DNA of 64,000 bases, taken from the NCBI GenBank assembly GCA_023487035.1, contig JAMDEN010000014.1, forward strand, positions 683 through 64,682, given 5' to 3'. The notes under the pieces were generated by a model that was given only the letters and a program-made list of their open reading frames with translations, made no database searches and had not been told where the DNA came from. The translations under genes were made by a program, and so were the position numbers. The stretch is from Actinomycetota bacterium (lineage in GTDB: Bacteria > Actinomycetota > Humimicrobiia > Humimicrobiales > Humimicrobiaceae). Shown here in pieces: positions 18,696-27,702 of the stretch. Position 1 is the stretch's first letter. Every line of letters begins with the position of its first letter.

Positions 18696-18775
18696 ATTAA
18701 TAAGACCCTGTTAATTTAATTATTATTTAGTGATTCATAATAAATTAACAAATCAGGGTCTTATTAATTTTTTTA
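18696..18775 (+). terminator. Long hairpin, probable intrinsic terminator
   Basis: ATTAATAAGACCCTG (18696-18710) pairs perfectly with CAGGGTCTTATTAAT (18754-18768); inner GTTAATTTA/TAAATTAAC stem; followed by a T-run. Confidence 0.7.
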
Positions 18776-18869
18776 TATCTTTTTGTTTATGATTTTTCTT
18801 TTATGATTTCTTTAAAAAAAAATTTCTTTAAAAAGGCTTTTAATTTTAACAGTAAAAATGTATTATTAA

Positions 18870-19050
18870 TACGATAATTAGGTTAATAATTTATTTGAAA
18901 ACTTAATATTTTTAATTTATTCAGGGAATTCGGTGAAAAACCGGAGCGGTGCCGCCACTGTAATCGGGTGTGTGCTTTTCAATATGTCACTGACTTTAAA
19001 AGTCGGGAAGGCGAAAGGCAAAGTCCCGAAAGCCAGGATACCTTTAAAAA
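18870..19050 (+). ncRNA. Cobalamin (AdoCbl) riboswitch
   Basis: AGGGAA-TTCGGTGAAAAACCGGAGCGGTGCCGCCACTGTAA...CACTG...GGGAAGGC...AGCCAGGATACCT (B12 box 19031-19043); upstream of cobO; ends approximate. Confidence 0.92.
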
Positions 19051-19125
19051 AATTTAAAATTATATCTCTTCGGCCTAAAGAGTATTTTTTTTATTTAAAA
19101 ATATTTTTATCTAAAAATGTATTTT

Positions 19126-19157
19126 ACTCCTGCCGAGAGGCAGGAGTTTTTGTTTTT
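19126..19157 (+). terminator. Riboswitch expression-platform terminator
   Basis: ACTCCTGCC-GAGA-GGCAGGAGT stem followed by T-rich tract; CTCTTCGGC (19066-19074) can pair with GCCGAGAG as an antiterminator. Confidence 0.85.
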
Positions 19158-19275
19158 TGTTCTTTATATTTTTAAGTTTTTAAGTCTTTATTTTAGGAAA
19201 CATTTAGCAATATTCAGTAATGTTTTAATTTTAATAGTAAGTAGTAAAATATAATTATTAAAGAAAGGATAAGAA

Positions 19276-19803
19276 ATGGCAAAATTAAAAAAGGGCTACA
19301 TTCAAATTTACACGGGAGATGGTAAAGGGAAAACAACAGCAGCATTAGGACTTGCTTTAAGGGCGGCTGGATTTGGCCTTAAAGTTTTTATTGCACAATT
19401 TATAAAAGGTATGCAGTATTCAGAGATAAAAGCTTTGAAAAAATATTCAGATAATATTTCAGTCAAGCAATATGGCAGAGGATGTTTTATTATGCGCGAA
19501 CCTGAAAAAGAAGATTATTCTGCTGCAAAAAATGGATTTGATGAGATTAAAAAAATTATAAAAGACGGATTATATGATATTGTCATACTTGATGAAATAA
19601 ATATAGCTGTTCAGTTAAAACTTATAAATATTATGGATCTGATAGAAATTATGGAAAACAAACCTGAAAATATCGAGCTTATTCTTACAGGAAGAGGCGC
19701 AGATGAAGAAATAATAAAAAGAGCTGATCTTGTTACGGAAATGAGAGAAATAAAACATTATTATAGAGCAGGTGTTTTAGCTCGAACTGGAATTGAAAGA
19801 TAA
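19276..19803 (+). CDS. cobO: Cob(I)alamin adenosyltransferase (CobO/BtuR)
   Basis: GYIQIYTGDGKGKTTAALGLALRAAG; QFIKG; ILDEIN; LTGR; ADLVTEMREIKH. Confidence 0.95.
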   Translation: MAKLKKGYIQIYTGDGKGKTTAALGLALRAAGFGLKVFIAQFIKGMQYSEIKALKKYSDNISVKQYGRGCFIMREPEKEDYSAAKNGFDEIKKIIKDGLYDIVILDEINIAVQLKLINIMDLIEIMENKPENIELILTGRGADEEIIKRADLVTEMREIKHYYRAGVLARTGIER

Positions 19804-20041
19804 GTAAATTTAAAAAATACAATAATTATAATAATTATAATTTTATAAGATAATAATACCTGATAATCTAATTTTAATTATTCTTATGTGTATTTATATT
19901 TATATGTAAATTTTATTATATGTAAATTTTATAATTTTTTAGTATTATTTTTTTTAATTTTTATTTTCTTATTTTAATAATTTTTTTATTTAAATAATTT
20001 TAAGATTAATAAAATTTATAAATTTTCTGGAGGTTTTTAAA

Positions 20042-20287
20042 ATGGCTGAGAATAAAAAAATATGTAAAAATATAGATCCTAAAGTTATTGCATATATTGC
20101 AGGTGGGGCTGTTGCGGGCGGAATAGTTGGCTATATCATACATAAAGTTGGTTTTAAAAATGTGGCAAAGATTTTAAAAGATAAAAATATAATCTCTTCA
20201 GGTATTGGTGACTTTATAAAAGATTTTGATTTAAAATCTTTTACTTCAAAAAATAATAAGGATTTTGAAGATTTAGAAGAGGATTAA
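20042..20287 (+). CDS. Small hypothetical protein with a Gly-rich hydrophobic segment
   Basis: SD GGAGGT; YIAGGAVAGGIVGYII; acidic tail. Confidence 0.65.
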   Translation: MAENKKICKNIDPKVIAYIAGGAVAGGIVGYIIHKVGFKNVAKILKDKNIISSGIGDFIKDFDLKSFTSKNNKDFEDLEED

Positions 20288-20508
20288 GGAATGTCTATTT
20301 GCATTTCCTTGTGAATATTCGATTCGCTTATCCTCGAGAGAAGCTCTTTAAGTTCATACTCTTCTGTCTCAACAGGTGATATAACTATTTGCTTATTTTC
20401 AACTTTAATTTCTACAGCTGAGTTCTCCTTAAGCTTTAGCTCCTTAATGTAAGCATTTGGCAGTCTTAATCCAAGACTATTACCCCATTTTTGAATTTTA
20501 GTTATCAA
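20284..20508 (-). CDS. mazE: AbrB/MazE-type antitoxin, orphan and probably C-terminally clipped (TTG start 20508)
   Basis: ITKIQKWGNSLGLRLP...YELKELLSRISESNIHKE; no mazF follows and it collides with a convergent gene. Confidence 0.75.
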   Translation of the reverse strand: MITKIQKWGNSLGLRLPNAYIKELKLKENSAVEIKVENKQIVISPVETEEYELKELLSRISESNIHKEMQIDIP

Positions 20509-20536
20509 ATTAAATAGTTTGTATGTGTTAATTAAT

Positions 20537-20551
20537 ATATACAATGTATAT
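20537..20551. promoter_or_regulatory. Palindromic operator upstream of mazE
   Basis: ATATAC-AAT-GTATAT perfect inverted repeat about 30 nt upstream of the start; resembles the recalled E. coli mazEF operator core ATCTACAATGTAGAT. Confidence 0.5.
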
Positions 20552-20634
20552 GCAATTATTTTTAAATTTTGTCAATACAAAATATATAAAAAATGTATAA
20601 AAAATTAATTAATTTTACTTAATTTTAATTAATT

Positions 20635-20979
20635 TTACTGGTTCTGTGGAGGTTGTTGCTCTTGTGGTGGAACAACCTGATTACTTTGTCCTCTTGGTTT
20701 TTTCCTGATAACCATAAAATAATAAACAAGTCCTGCAACACCATTAAGCCCGACAACCCAGCTAACAAGCAAAATTATTAGCCATGTGGTTTTTGAACTT
20801 TCAGTTGCATTAGGAAACTCTTCATTTTTTCTCTGTGCACAATCAACAATTGCAATAACCCAAAAAGCAAAAAGAGCTAAAGCTATAAGTGCAAAAACAA
20901 CCCAGAAGCAAATCATAAACCATACTAAACCTCCAAAAGCTGTTGCAACAGCTGCATCTCCTGCTTTTGCAATTAACAT
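20635..20979 (-). CDS. PLDc_N-domain small membrane protein
   Basis: FWVIAIVDCAQRK...KTTWLIILL...GLVYYFMV; SD AGGAGG; Q/P-rich tail. Confidence 0.75.
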   Translation of the reverse strand: MLIAKAGDAAVATAFGGLVWFMICFWVVFALIALALFAFWVIAIVDCAQRKNEEFPNATESSKTTWLIILLVSWVVGLNGVAGLVYYFMVIRKKPRGQSNQVVPPQEQQPPQNQ

Positions 20980-21251
20980 AATATCCTCCTAACTTATTGT
21001 ATTCTTTAGTATTCTTCCTGATATTGGCTGCTTAAAAAATAATAATAATTTTTTATTTTTAATTATATAATACCTGTCTTAAATTATTATATTATAATTA
21101 ATCCAATAAAACTAAACTTTTCCATAGAATGTTAGTATTTTGGTCTCTTAAATCTTATATTTCATACAAACCATTTCCAATCTTTAATTATTTTATTGTT
21201 ATTAATTCTTACATTTTATTTTTTTATTAAATTTTAAATTATTTTTTAAAA

Positions 21252-21746
21252 CTATTGTTTTAAAGTTGGGGAATCAAACCATAAACCAGCTACCAGCATT
21301 TTCCCATTTTCATCTTTAAAAACAAGCTGGATTGAAACATCTCCTTTAGTTTCTTTTGAATATTTTGCTGTATAAAATACACTATTGTATCCTTTTTCTG
21401 TTAAAGTCCTGTTAAATTTCAATGTACCCTGTTGATACTCACCAATTTTATCCATTAGTGGTTTACAAACTGTATTAACAAAAGCATCTTTATCTGTTGC
21501 ATAAGTTTTTTGAGTTTCAGGATCAATTAATTTTTTAAAAGAATCTTTAAATTCTGCATTAAAATAATTAGAAATTGAATCATAATCACTTTTATTAATA
21601 GCAACAAGTACTTTTTCTGCAACTTCTGCTGAATAATCAGGCTCAACTGTTCCTCTTTTGGCACATCCTGATGAAAATGATAAAAATAAAACTGAAAGAG
21701 ACAGACAAATTAATAAAACAATACCTGATAATTTTTTATTCTTCAT
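21252..21746 (-). CDS. DUF3887-like lipoprotein
   Basis: Signal peptide with lipobox SSGC; C-terminal YTAKYSKE...LVF...VAGLWFDSP. Confidence 0.65.
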   Translation of the reverse strand: MKNKKLSGIVLLICLSLSVLFLSFSSGCAKRGTVEPDYSAEVAEKVLVAINKSDYDSISNYFNAEFKDSFKKLIDPETQKTYATDKDAFVNTVCKPLMDKIGEYQQGTLKFNRTLTEKGYNSVFYTAKYSKETKGDVSIQLVFKDENGKMLVAGLWFDSPTLKQ

Positions 21747-21960
21747 TTTTATTCTCCAATATTTTTTAATAGTTAATAATTTTAATAATTAAGAATTCAG
21801 GATTAACATTTTAACTTTATAACTTTATTTACAAGACAAATTTTATTTTTATTATTATATTCAATAAATATCTTTGATAATTATTTTTGATTTTTCAAAA
21901 AAATCTTTTAATTATTATCTTTAATTATTAATTATCTTAAATTTCAATTTATATTTTATA

Positions 21961-22536
21961 TCAGGAATATAATTTTTTAAGTAACCATGCCATATTCTGA
22001 CCTAAAGTCTTAAGAGTATCAACTCCTTCTTTATCTTGCATAACTTCACCTTTTGCATTTGCAAATACAATATTCCAGTAAGTTGAGGCAGCAATGATAC
22101 ACTGGTTTAAGAAAAACAGGTTGTTTATCTCATTACATACATCTACTGAGCCGGTTCTTCTTGCAATAGCAATCCCTGCTGCTACTTTTCTTTTAAGTTT
22201 AAAGCCTCCTGCACGTGCACAATATCCTACTCTGTCAATAAAAGCTTTTGTTTGAGGAGTTAAAGAACCAAAATATGTGGGTGAACCAATTATTAAACTC
22301 TCTGACTCATAAATATTTTCTAATGCCTTATTAACTAAATCATCATCAATTGCACAAAAACCGTCACCTGTTTTTTTACATATCAGACAAACATTACAAC
22401 CTTTTATTTGCTCACTTCCAATTTGAAATAATTCTGTCTTTATACCTTCATTTTTTAACTCATCTAAAACTATATTTAGTGCCAAAAAGGTATTGCCATC
22501 CTTTCTCGGGCTCCCGTTAAAAGCTACTACCTTCAT
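21961..22536 (-). CDS. Flavodoxin family / iron-sulfur flavoprotein
   Basis: NGSPRKDGNT; CNVCLICKKTGDGFC; GSPTYFG; KAFIDR. Confidence 0.9.
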   Translation of the reverse strand: MKVVAFNGSPRKDGNTFLALNIVLDELKNEGIKTELFQIGSEQIKGCNVCLICKKTGDGFCAIDDDLVNKALENIYESESLIIGSPTYFGSLTPQTKAFIDRVGYCARAGGFKLKRKVAAGIAIARRTGSVDVCNEINNLFFLNQCIIAASTYWNIVFANAKGEVMQDKEGVDTLKTLGQNMAWLLKKLYS

Positions 22537-22677
22537 TTAAAACTCCTCCTTAATTTATCCTTAATTTAAAAAAATTATAATTATGGTTAACTGCAATTAA
22601 AAATTAAATTTAAAAAATTATAAGTACTATCCAAACTTGTTGTTTACAATTAACTCTTTTACCCCTCAAGCAAAAAA

Positions 22678-23883
22678 TCATATATAAATTCTGGGGATTC
22701 TATCACCAATCATACAAACAATTTCATAACTTATGGTGCCAATTAAATCCGCCAGTTCATTTGCAGCTAAAGTTTTTCCTTTGCTGCTGCCAATAAGAAT
22801 AACTTCATCTCCAACCTTTGCATTTTGTGCATCAGGACAATCTGTTAAATCTATCATTGTCTGGTCCATCGTCACTCTGCCAACTACTGGTGCAAAACAG
22901 CCATTAAAAATAACGCTTGATTTATTTGAAAAATTCCAGGAATAGCCATCAGCATACCCTACAGGAATTGTAGCTATTATACTATCTTTTTTAGTCGTAT
23001 AAGTTGCGCAATAAGAAATATTTTCTCCTTTAGCAACTTTTTTTATAAATGAAATTTTAGCTTTAAGGCTTAAAACAGGTTTTAATTTTTTAATAAACTC
23101 TGAAGCTTCTTTGCTGCAAAACTCATCATAATTATTATCAAAAGGATTTATTCCATAAATAATAATTCCAAGTCTTACTATATCAAGATGCATATAAGGA
23201 TATCTAATAAAAGCTGCGCTATTAACACAATGATAATTTTTAATATCCGGGTTTGTATCTTTAAGCCCTGTCATTATTTTATTAAATCTTGACCATTGCA
23301 GAATTGTATATGAATCATCTTCTTTTGAAGCACATGCAAAATGAGTAAAGACTCCATCTATTTTAATATTAGGCATTTTTTTTATCATAATGATGCTTTG
23401 AATAGCATCTTTATAATTTATTCCTATCCTGTTCATGCCTGTATCAATTTTAATATGTACTTTTGCTTCCCTGTTTATTTCACGGCATAAATCTGAAATT
23501 AATCTTGCGCTTTCTATTGAAGTAACAGATAAAGTAATATCATTATAAACAGCATCTTTTATTTTTTCAGGTGCATGTGAACCAAGACACAATATTGGAG
23601 CTTTAATTCCCCCCTTTCTTAATCGAAGTCCTTCCTGAACCAATGCAACACCAAGCCAGGAAGCACCTGACTGAATTGCTTTTTTGGAAATTTCAACTAA
23701 TCCATGGCCGTAAGCATTTGCCTTAACAACTGCCATTATACCTGGACTTAAGGAATCTGAGGATGTTTTAAGACTTCCCAGATAATTTTTAATTAATTCA
23801 ATATTACAGTAAAGATCATTCAGATTTATTTCAACCCATGCAAATCTGTTTTCTGGAGAATATATTTTACTGTAATTCTGCAT
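22678..23883 (-). CDS. alr: Alanine racemase
   Basis: AVVKANAYGHG PLP-lysine motif; KIDTGMNRIG; VGYADGY; GRVTMDQ. Confidence 0.96.
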   Translation of the reverse strand: MQNYSKIYSPENRFAWVEINLNDLYCNIELIKNYLGSLKTSSDSLSPGIMAVVKANAYGHGLVEISKKAIQSGASWLGVALVQEGLRLRKGGIKAPILCLGSHAPEKIKDAVYNDITLSVTSIESARLISDLCREINREAKVHIKIDTGMNRIGINYKDAIQSIIMIKKMPNIKIDGVFTHFACASKEDDSYTILQWSRFNKIMTGLKDTNPDIKNYHCVNSAAFIRYPYMHLDIVRLGIIIYGINPFDNNYDEFCSKEASEFIKKLKPVLSLKAKISFIKKVAKGENISYCATYTTKKDSIIATIPVGYADGYSWNFSNKSSVIFNGCFAPVVGRVTMDQTMIDLTDCPDAQNAKVGDEVILIGSSKGKTLAANELADLIGTISYEIVCMIGDRIPRIYI

Positions 23884-24096
23884 AAAAATTCTTTCCTAAA
23901 ATTATCTGCCCTTTTCTGTTTATAATCATAAAAATAAATTTAATGCCCGGATAAAAAATATCTTTAATATTGAACTTAAAATAGAGCTAAAACTAACCGG
24001 CAAAAACAATTTAAATATTTTATATAATATTTAATTAACTTTTACTAATTAAAATTTATTCATATAATGACTGAAAATAACATTATTTTATTTAAT

Positions 24097-24561
24097 TTAC
24101 TTATTTAAAACCATAGATTTTACTATATCAGCCCTTGTAATAATACCTGAAAGTTTTTTATCTTCTGATAACACGGGTATTCTGTTTATTTTATTGTCAA
24201 CCATCAGATTAGCAACATCATCAACTGGCGTATCAGGTGAACATGAAATAACATTGGAAGTCATTATTTCATAAACTTTAGTTGCAAGATGCTTTTTTAA
24301 ATTATTTTTAAATTTTGTAAGACTTTCAAGATAAATTATGCTATCCAAAAGTTTAAAATACCTGGGAAAATGCAAATCCGTATCTTTTACAATTATATCT
24401 CCTTCAGTAGCTATACCTATTACTTTACCTTCATCATCAACTACAGGCACTCCACTTATATTATTATTTAAAAGAACATTGGAAAGCTCTTCGATAGAAG
24501 CATCTTTATGAATTGTAATTACATTTTTTGTCATTATATCCTTTGCTAAAAGATCCGGCAT
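24097..24561 (-). CDS. CBS-pair domain protein
   Basis: AKDIMTKNVITI...ISGVPVVD...INRIPVL...GIITRADI. Confidence 0.9.
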   Translation of the reverse strand: MPDLLAKDIMTKNVITIHKDASIEELSNVLLNNNISGVPVVDDEGKVIGIATEGDIIVKDTDLHFPRYFKLLDSIIYLESLTKFKNNLKKHLATKVYEIMTSNVISCSPDTPVDDVANLMVDNKINRIPVLSEDKKLSGIITRADIVKSMVLNK

Positions 24562-24599
24562 CTTAGCCTCCTTTAATTTAATTTGAAATCGGGTTTATT

Positions 24600-26315
24600 T
24601 TAATACTTTAATTTTTCTATTTCCAAAAAAACGCGTTTAATTCCTTCAAGTAAATCTGTAGCAATTAAAGACGTCTTACTTGTTTTTTTACTAATAATAT
24701 CAGAAGAAAGTCCATGAATATATGCTCCGCATACAGCTGCATCCATTATATCCATACCCTGACATAAAAGTGATCCTATTATTCCTGTTAAGATATCTCC
24801 TGTTCCAGCAGTTGCAAGCGCAAAATCACCAGTCGGATTTATAAAACTCACACCATCTGTATTTGTAATAATAGTACCTGAACCTTTCAGTAAAGAAACT
24901 ACGTTAAATTTCTTTGAAACCTCCAGGTTTACCTCAAATCTGTTTTCAAACCCTATATTTACACGAGATAGAATTGAAGCAAGTTCTCCAGGATGAGGAG
25001 TTATTAAAACATGCTTAAGATTATATAATTCATCATCTTCGTTATCAATAAGATTAGTAAGTGCTTTTAAACCATCTGCATCAAGAACAGTTGGTTTCTT
25101 TATTTTTTTTAATATTTCTTTAATAAGCTTTATAGTGCTTGGATTTCGTGAAACACCAGGTCCAATTGCAAGAGCATCATATTTATCACTTACGGCTAAA
25201 ATTTCACTTAGTGCGTTTAAATGCAATGAGCCTTCTTCAGTTTGTGCAACAGGAAGAGTCATAACTTCAGTAAGCTTAACTTCAAAAATGGAATTTAAAT
25301 CCCAGGGACAAACAAGAGTAACAATACCTGCCCCAGCCCTCATTGCTGCTTCACAAACCATTGTTGCAGCGCCTGTAAATCCAAGTGAACCTGCAATTAC
25401 GAGCAGCTTCCCTACGCTATGTTTATAAGACTTAAATGTTCTTTCCGGAATTTGCTGAGCAACCCACTGAAGATTTGCTTCATAAACCTTTTCATGTTCA
25501 TCATAATATTTTTTTGGAATTCCTATATCTGTAACTTCAATTTTACCTGCATAATTTGCACCAGGATAATTTGCGAGCCCTAATTTTTTTACTCCAAAAG
25601 TAATAGTAAAATCTGCCTTTACTGCAACCCCAAGAATTTTCCCATTATCAGAATCTATTCCTGAAGGAATATCTATGGCAAATATTTTTAAATCGTTATT
25701 AAGCCCTTTAGCTTCATTTTTAGCTTCATTTATAAATTCTATAATTTCTCTTGCAATACCATGAACTTCGCTGTCATGAAGCCCGGTCCCGAATATTGCA
25801 TCAACTATAAAATTGGCGCTTTTCAAACTTTCTTTAAAAATTTTTATTTCTTTTTCAGAATTTTCATTAATGAAATTAATATTTAAATTATTAAAATTGC
25901 CTTCATCTTTAAGTTTAACTAATTCATTAAAATAATAAGCGCTATCACTGGAAAATTTCTGCAGGGGCGCAAGACAAAATAAATTAATTATAAAATTTTG
26001 TTTTACTAAATTTAATGCACATACAAACCCGTCTCCTCCATTATTTCCACCACCACATACAATAACACCTCTTATTTTATTTAAACTGAATTCTTTTATA
26101 GGGTATTTTTTCATTTCAATATCATCTATAACAAAAGGCCCTTCACTTTCAGAAGTATTTTCAAAATATGAAATAATGAAATCAGACACTTTTGTGCCTG
26201 CATTATTCATAAGCCATTTTGAATCAATACCGTTATTTATACATTTTCGGTCAATTTCAGAAATGTGGCTTCCTTTTATTATGCTGATAAGATTTTGCGA
26301 ATTTAATGAATTCAT
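24600..26315 (-). CDS. nnr: Bifunctional NAD(P)H-hydrate epimerase/dehydratase
   Basis: CGGGNNGGDG; VDAIFGTG; DIPSG; IGPG; LDADG; TPHPGE; ATAGTGDILTG. Confidence 0.93.
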   Translation of the reverse strand: MNSLNSQNLISIIKGSHISEIDRKCINNGIDSKWLMNNAGTKVSDFIISYFENTSESEGPFVIDDIEMKKYPIKEFSLNKIRGVIVCGGGNNGGDGFVCALNLVKQNFIINLFCLAPLQKFSSDSAYYFNELVKLKDEGNFNNLNINFINENSEKEIKIFKESLKSANFIVDAIFGTGLHDSEVHGIAREIIEFINEAKNEAKGLNNDLKIFAIDIPSGIDSDNGKILGVAVKADFTITFGVKKLGLANYPGANYAGKIEVTDIGIPKKYYDEHEKVYEANLQWVAQQIPERTFKSYKHSVGKLLVIAGSLGFTGAATMVCEAAMRAGAGIVTLVCPWDLNSIFEVKLTEVMTLPVAQTEEGSLHLNALSEILAVSDKYDALAIGPGVSRNPSTIKLIKEILKKIKKPTVLDADGLKALTNLIDNEDDELYNLKHVLITPHPGELASILSRVNIGFENRFEVNLEVSKKFNVVSLLKGSGTIITNTDGVSFINPTGDFALATAGTGDILTGIIGSLLCQGMDIMDAAVCGAYIHGLSSDIISKKTSKTSLIATDLLEGIKRVFLEIEKLKY

Positions 26316-26333
26316 ATTAAACCCTTTAAATTA

Positions 26334-26765
26334 TCATATTTTATCATATTTCTTTATTAATGAAACTGCATAAGCCATACAATAATATCTTGTAGAAGAT
26401 AAAGAAATTTTTATATCAGCTATATTATTAGCTAAAAAATAAAAATGAGATTTTCCATGCAGAATTACATAAGGGTTTCCCATTTCACTATTTAATATTT
26501 CTATTTCATTAAAAAAAATAAACCTGCCAAGCCCTACATATAAACTTTTAGCAACTGCTTCTTTTGCAGCAAATCTTGCTGCATAACTTTGATATTTATT
26601 AATATTTTTTGACTGGCAATATTGTATTTCGTTACTGGTATAAACTTTTTGCAGAAATTTCGGATATTTGTTAATAGCTTCTTTTATTCTATTTATTTCA
26701 ATTAAATCTGTACCAATTCCAAAAATTTCAATATTTCTATCATTATAAGTTTCATAATTTACCAT
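26334..26765 (-). CDS. acpS: Holo-ACP synthase
   Basis: GIGTDLIEINRI; AARFAAKEAVAKS. Confidence 0.93.
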   Translation of the reverse strand: MVNYETYNDRNIEIFGIGTDLIEINRIKEAINKYPKFLQKVYTSNEIQYCQSKNINKYQSYAARFAAKEAVAKSLYVGLGRFIFFNEIEILNSEMGNPYVILHGKSHFYFLANNIADIKISLSSTRYYCMAYAVSLIKKYDKI

Positions 26766-27028
26766 TTTTTAAATATATTTAAGTTGTTAATTTTATAAAT
26801 TTATAAATTGTTATGAACTTTTTATAAATTTTAGAAAAATTTTATAAGTTTTTTAATATTATTTAATATATTATCAGAACCAGATGTATTTAAAAAATAT
26901 TATTTTCCATTTTTCTCAATTTTAGTTGTCACAGGGACGTATAATTTGACATGACATATCAGTTTCTTAGCGATTATTATAATAGTAAAAGCTTAAAAAA
27001 AATTTAATATAAAAAATATAAAAAACTA

Positions 27029-27082
27029 TTGACATCCGGATTTCTCAATTATAAGATATATCTATACCTGAGGTATAGGTAT
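27029..27082 (+). promoter_or_regulatory. cop operon promoter with CsoR-type operator
   Basis: TTGACA (27029)-17 nt-TAAGAT (27052); perfect palindrome CTATACCT-G-AGGTATAG (27062-27078) with ATACC...GGTAT arms like CsoR operators. Confidence 0.75.
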
Positions 27083-27222
27083 TAATTATTAAAATATAGT
27101 TAAAATATAAGATATTTTTAAAGTAAAATGAATAAAAAACAAAAGTCTTTAAATATTTTTAAATATTTTTTAATTAAAATTCAAAGGAATAAAGGGAAAA
27201 TTACCTTAAGAAGGGGATTGAT

Positions 27223-27447
27223 ATGAAATATCAAATAGAAATAAAAGGCATGCATTGTACAGGGTGCAGCAGTCTTATAAAGATGAGCCTTGAAGGGGCA
27301 GGGTTGACTAATGTTAATGCAGATATCAAAACAAACACAGCTACATTTGAAAGCAGTTCAAATGAACCATCCAAAATAAAAGAGGTACTTGATAAAATTT
27401 TCGCAGATTTACCTGATTATTCTTATGAAAATATTCAAATAGTTTAA
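27223..27447 (+). CDS. copZ: Copper chaperone (HMA domain)
   Basis: GMHCTGC metal-binding motif; 74 aa. Confidence 0.85.
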   Translation: MKYQIEIKGMHCTGCSSLIKMSLEGAGLTNVNADIKTNTATFESSSNEPSKIKEVLDKIFADLPDYSYENIQIV

Positions 27448-27702
27448 ATGCTGAAAAAACTAAATAAAAAATGAAAATATTTGGATTTTTAATAATTTCA
27501 CTTGCAGCTATCATTTTAATATTGCATTAGTAATCTGTAAAGATTAAGAATATATAATCACACCTTTATGCTTGATAAATGGTTTTTAAAAATAATACTG
27601 AATGATAGATGGTTTTTAACAATATTTTTAACAATACAATAAATAATATATAAAATAATATAGAAATAAAATAATTAATATAATATATGAAAATAAAATA
27701 AT

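Noticed and set aside
18933..19175. 80-aa ORF in the track
   Set aside because: It overlaps the cobalamin aptamer and terminator, so the sequence is explained by the RNA element.
23944..24002. TGCCCGG...CCGGCA near-inverted repeat upstream of alr
   Set aside because: Short, imperfect arms with a long loop; no recognisable RNA motif.
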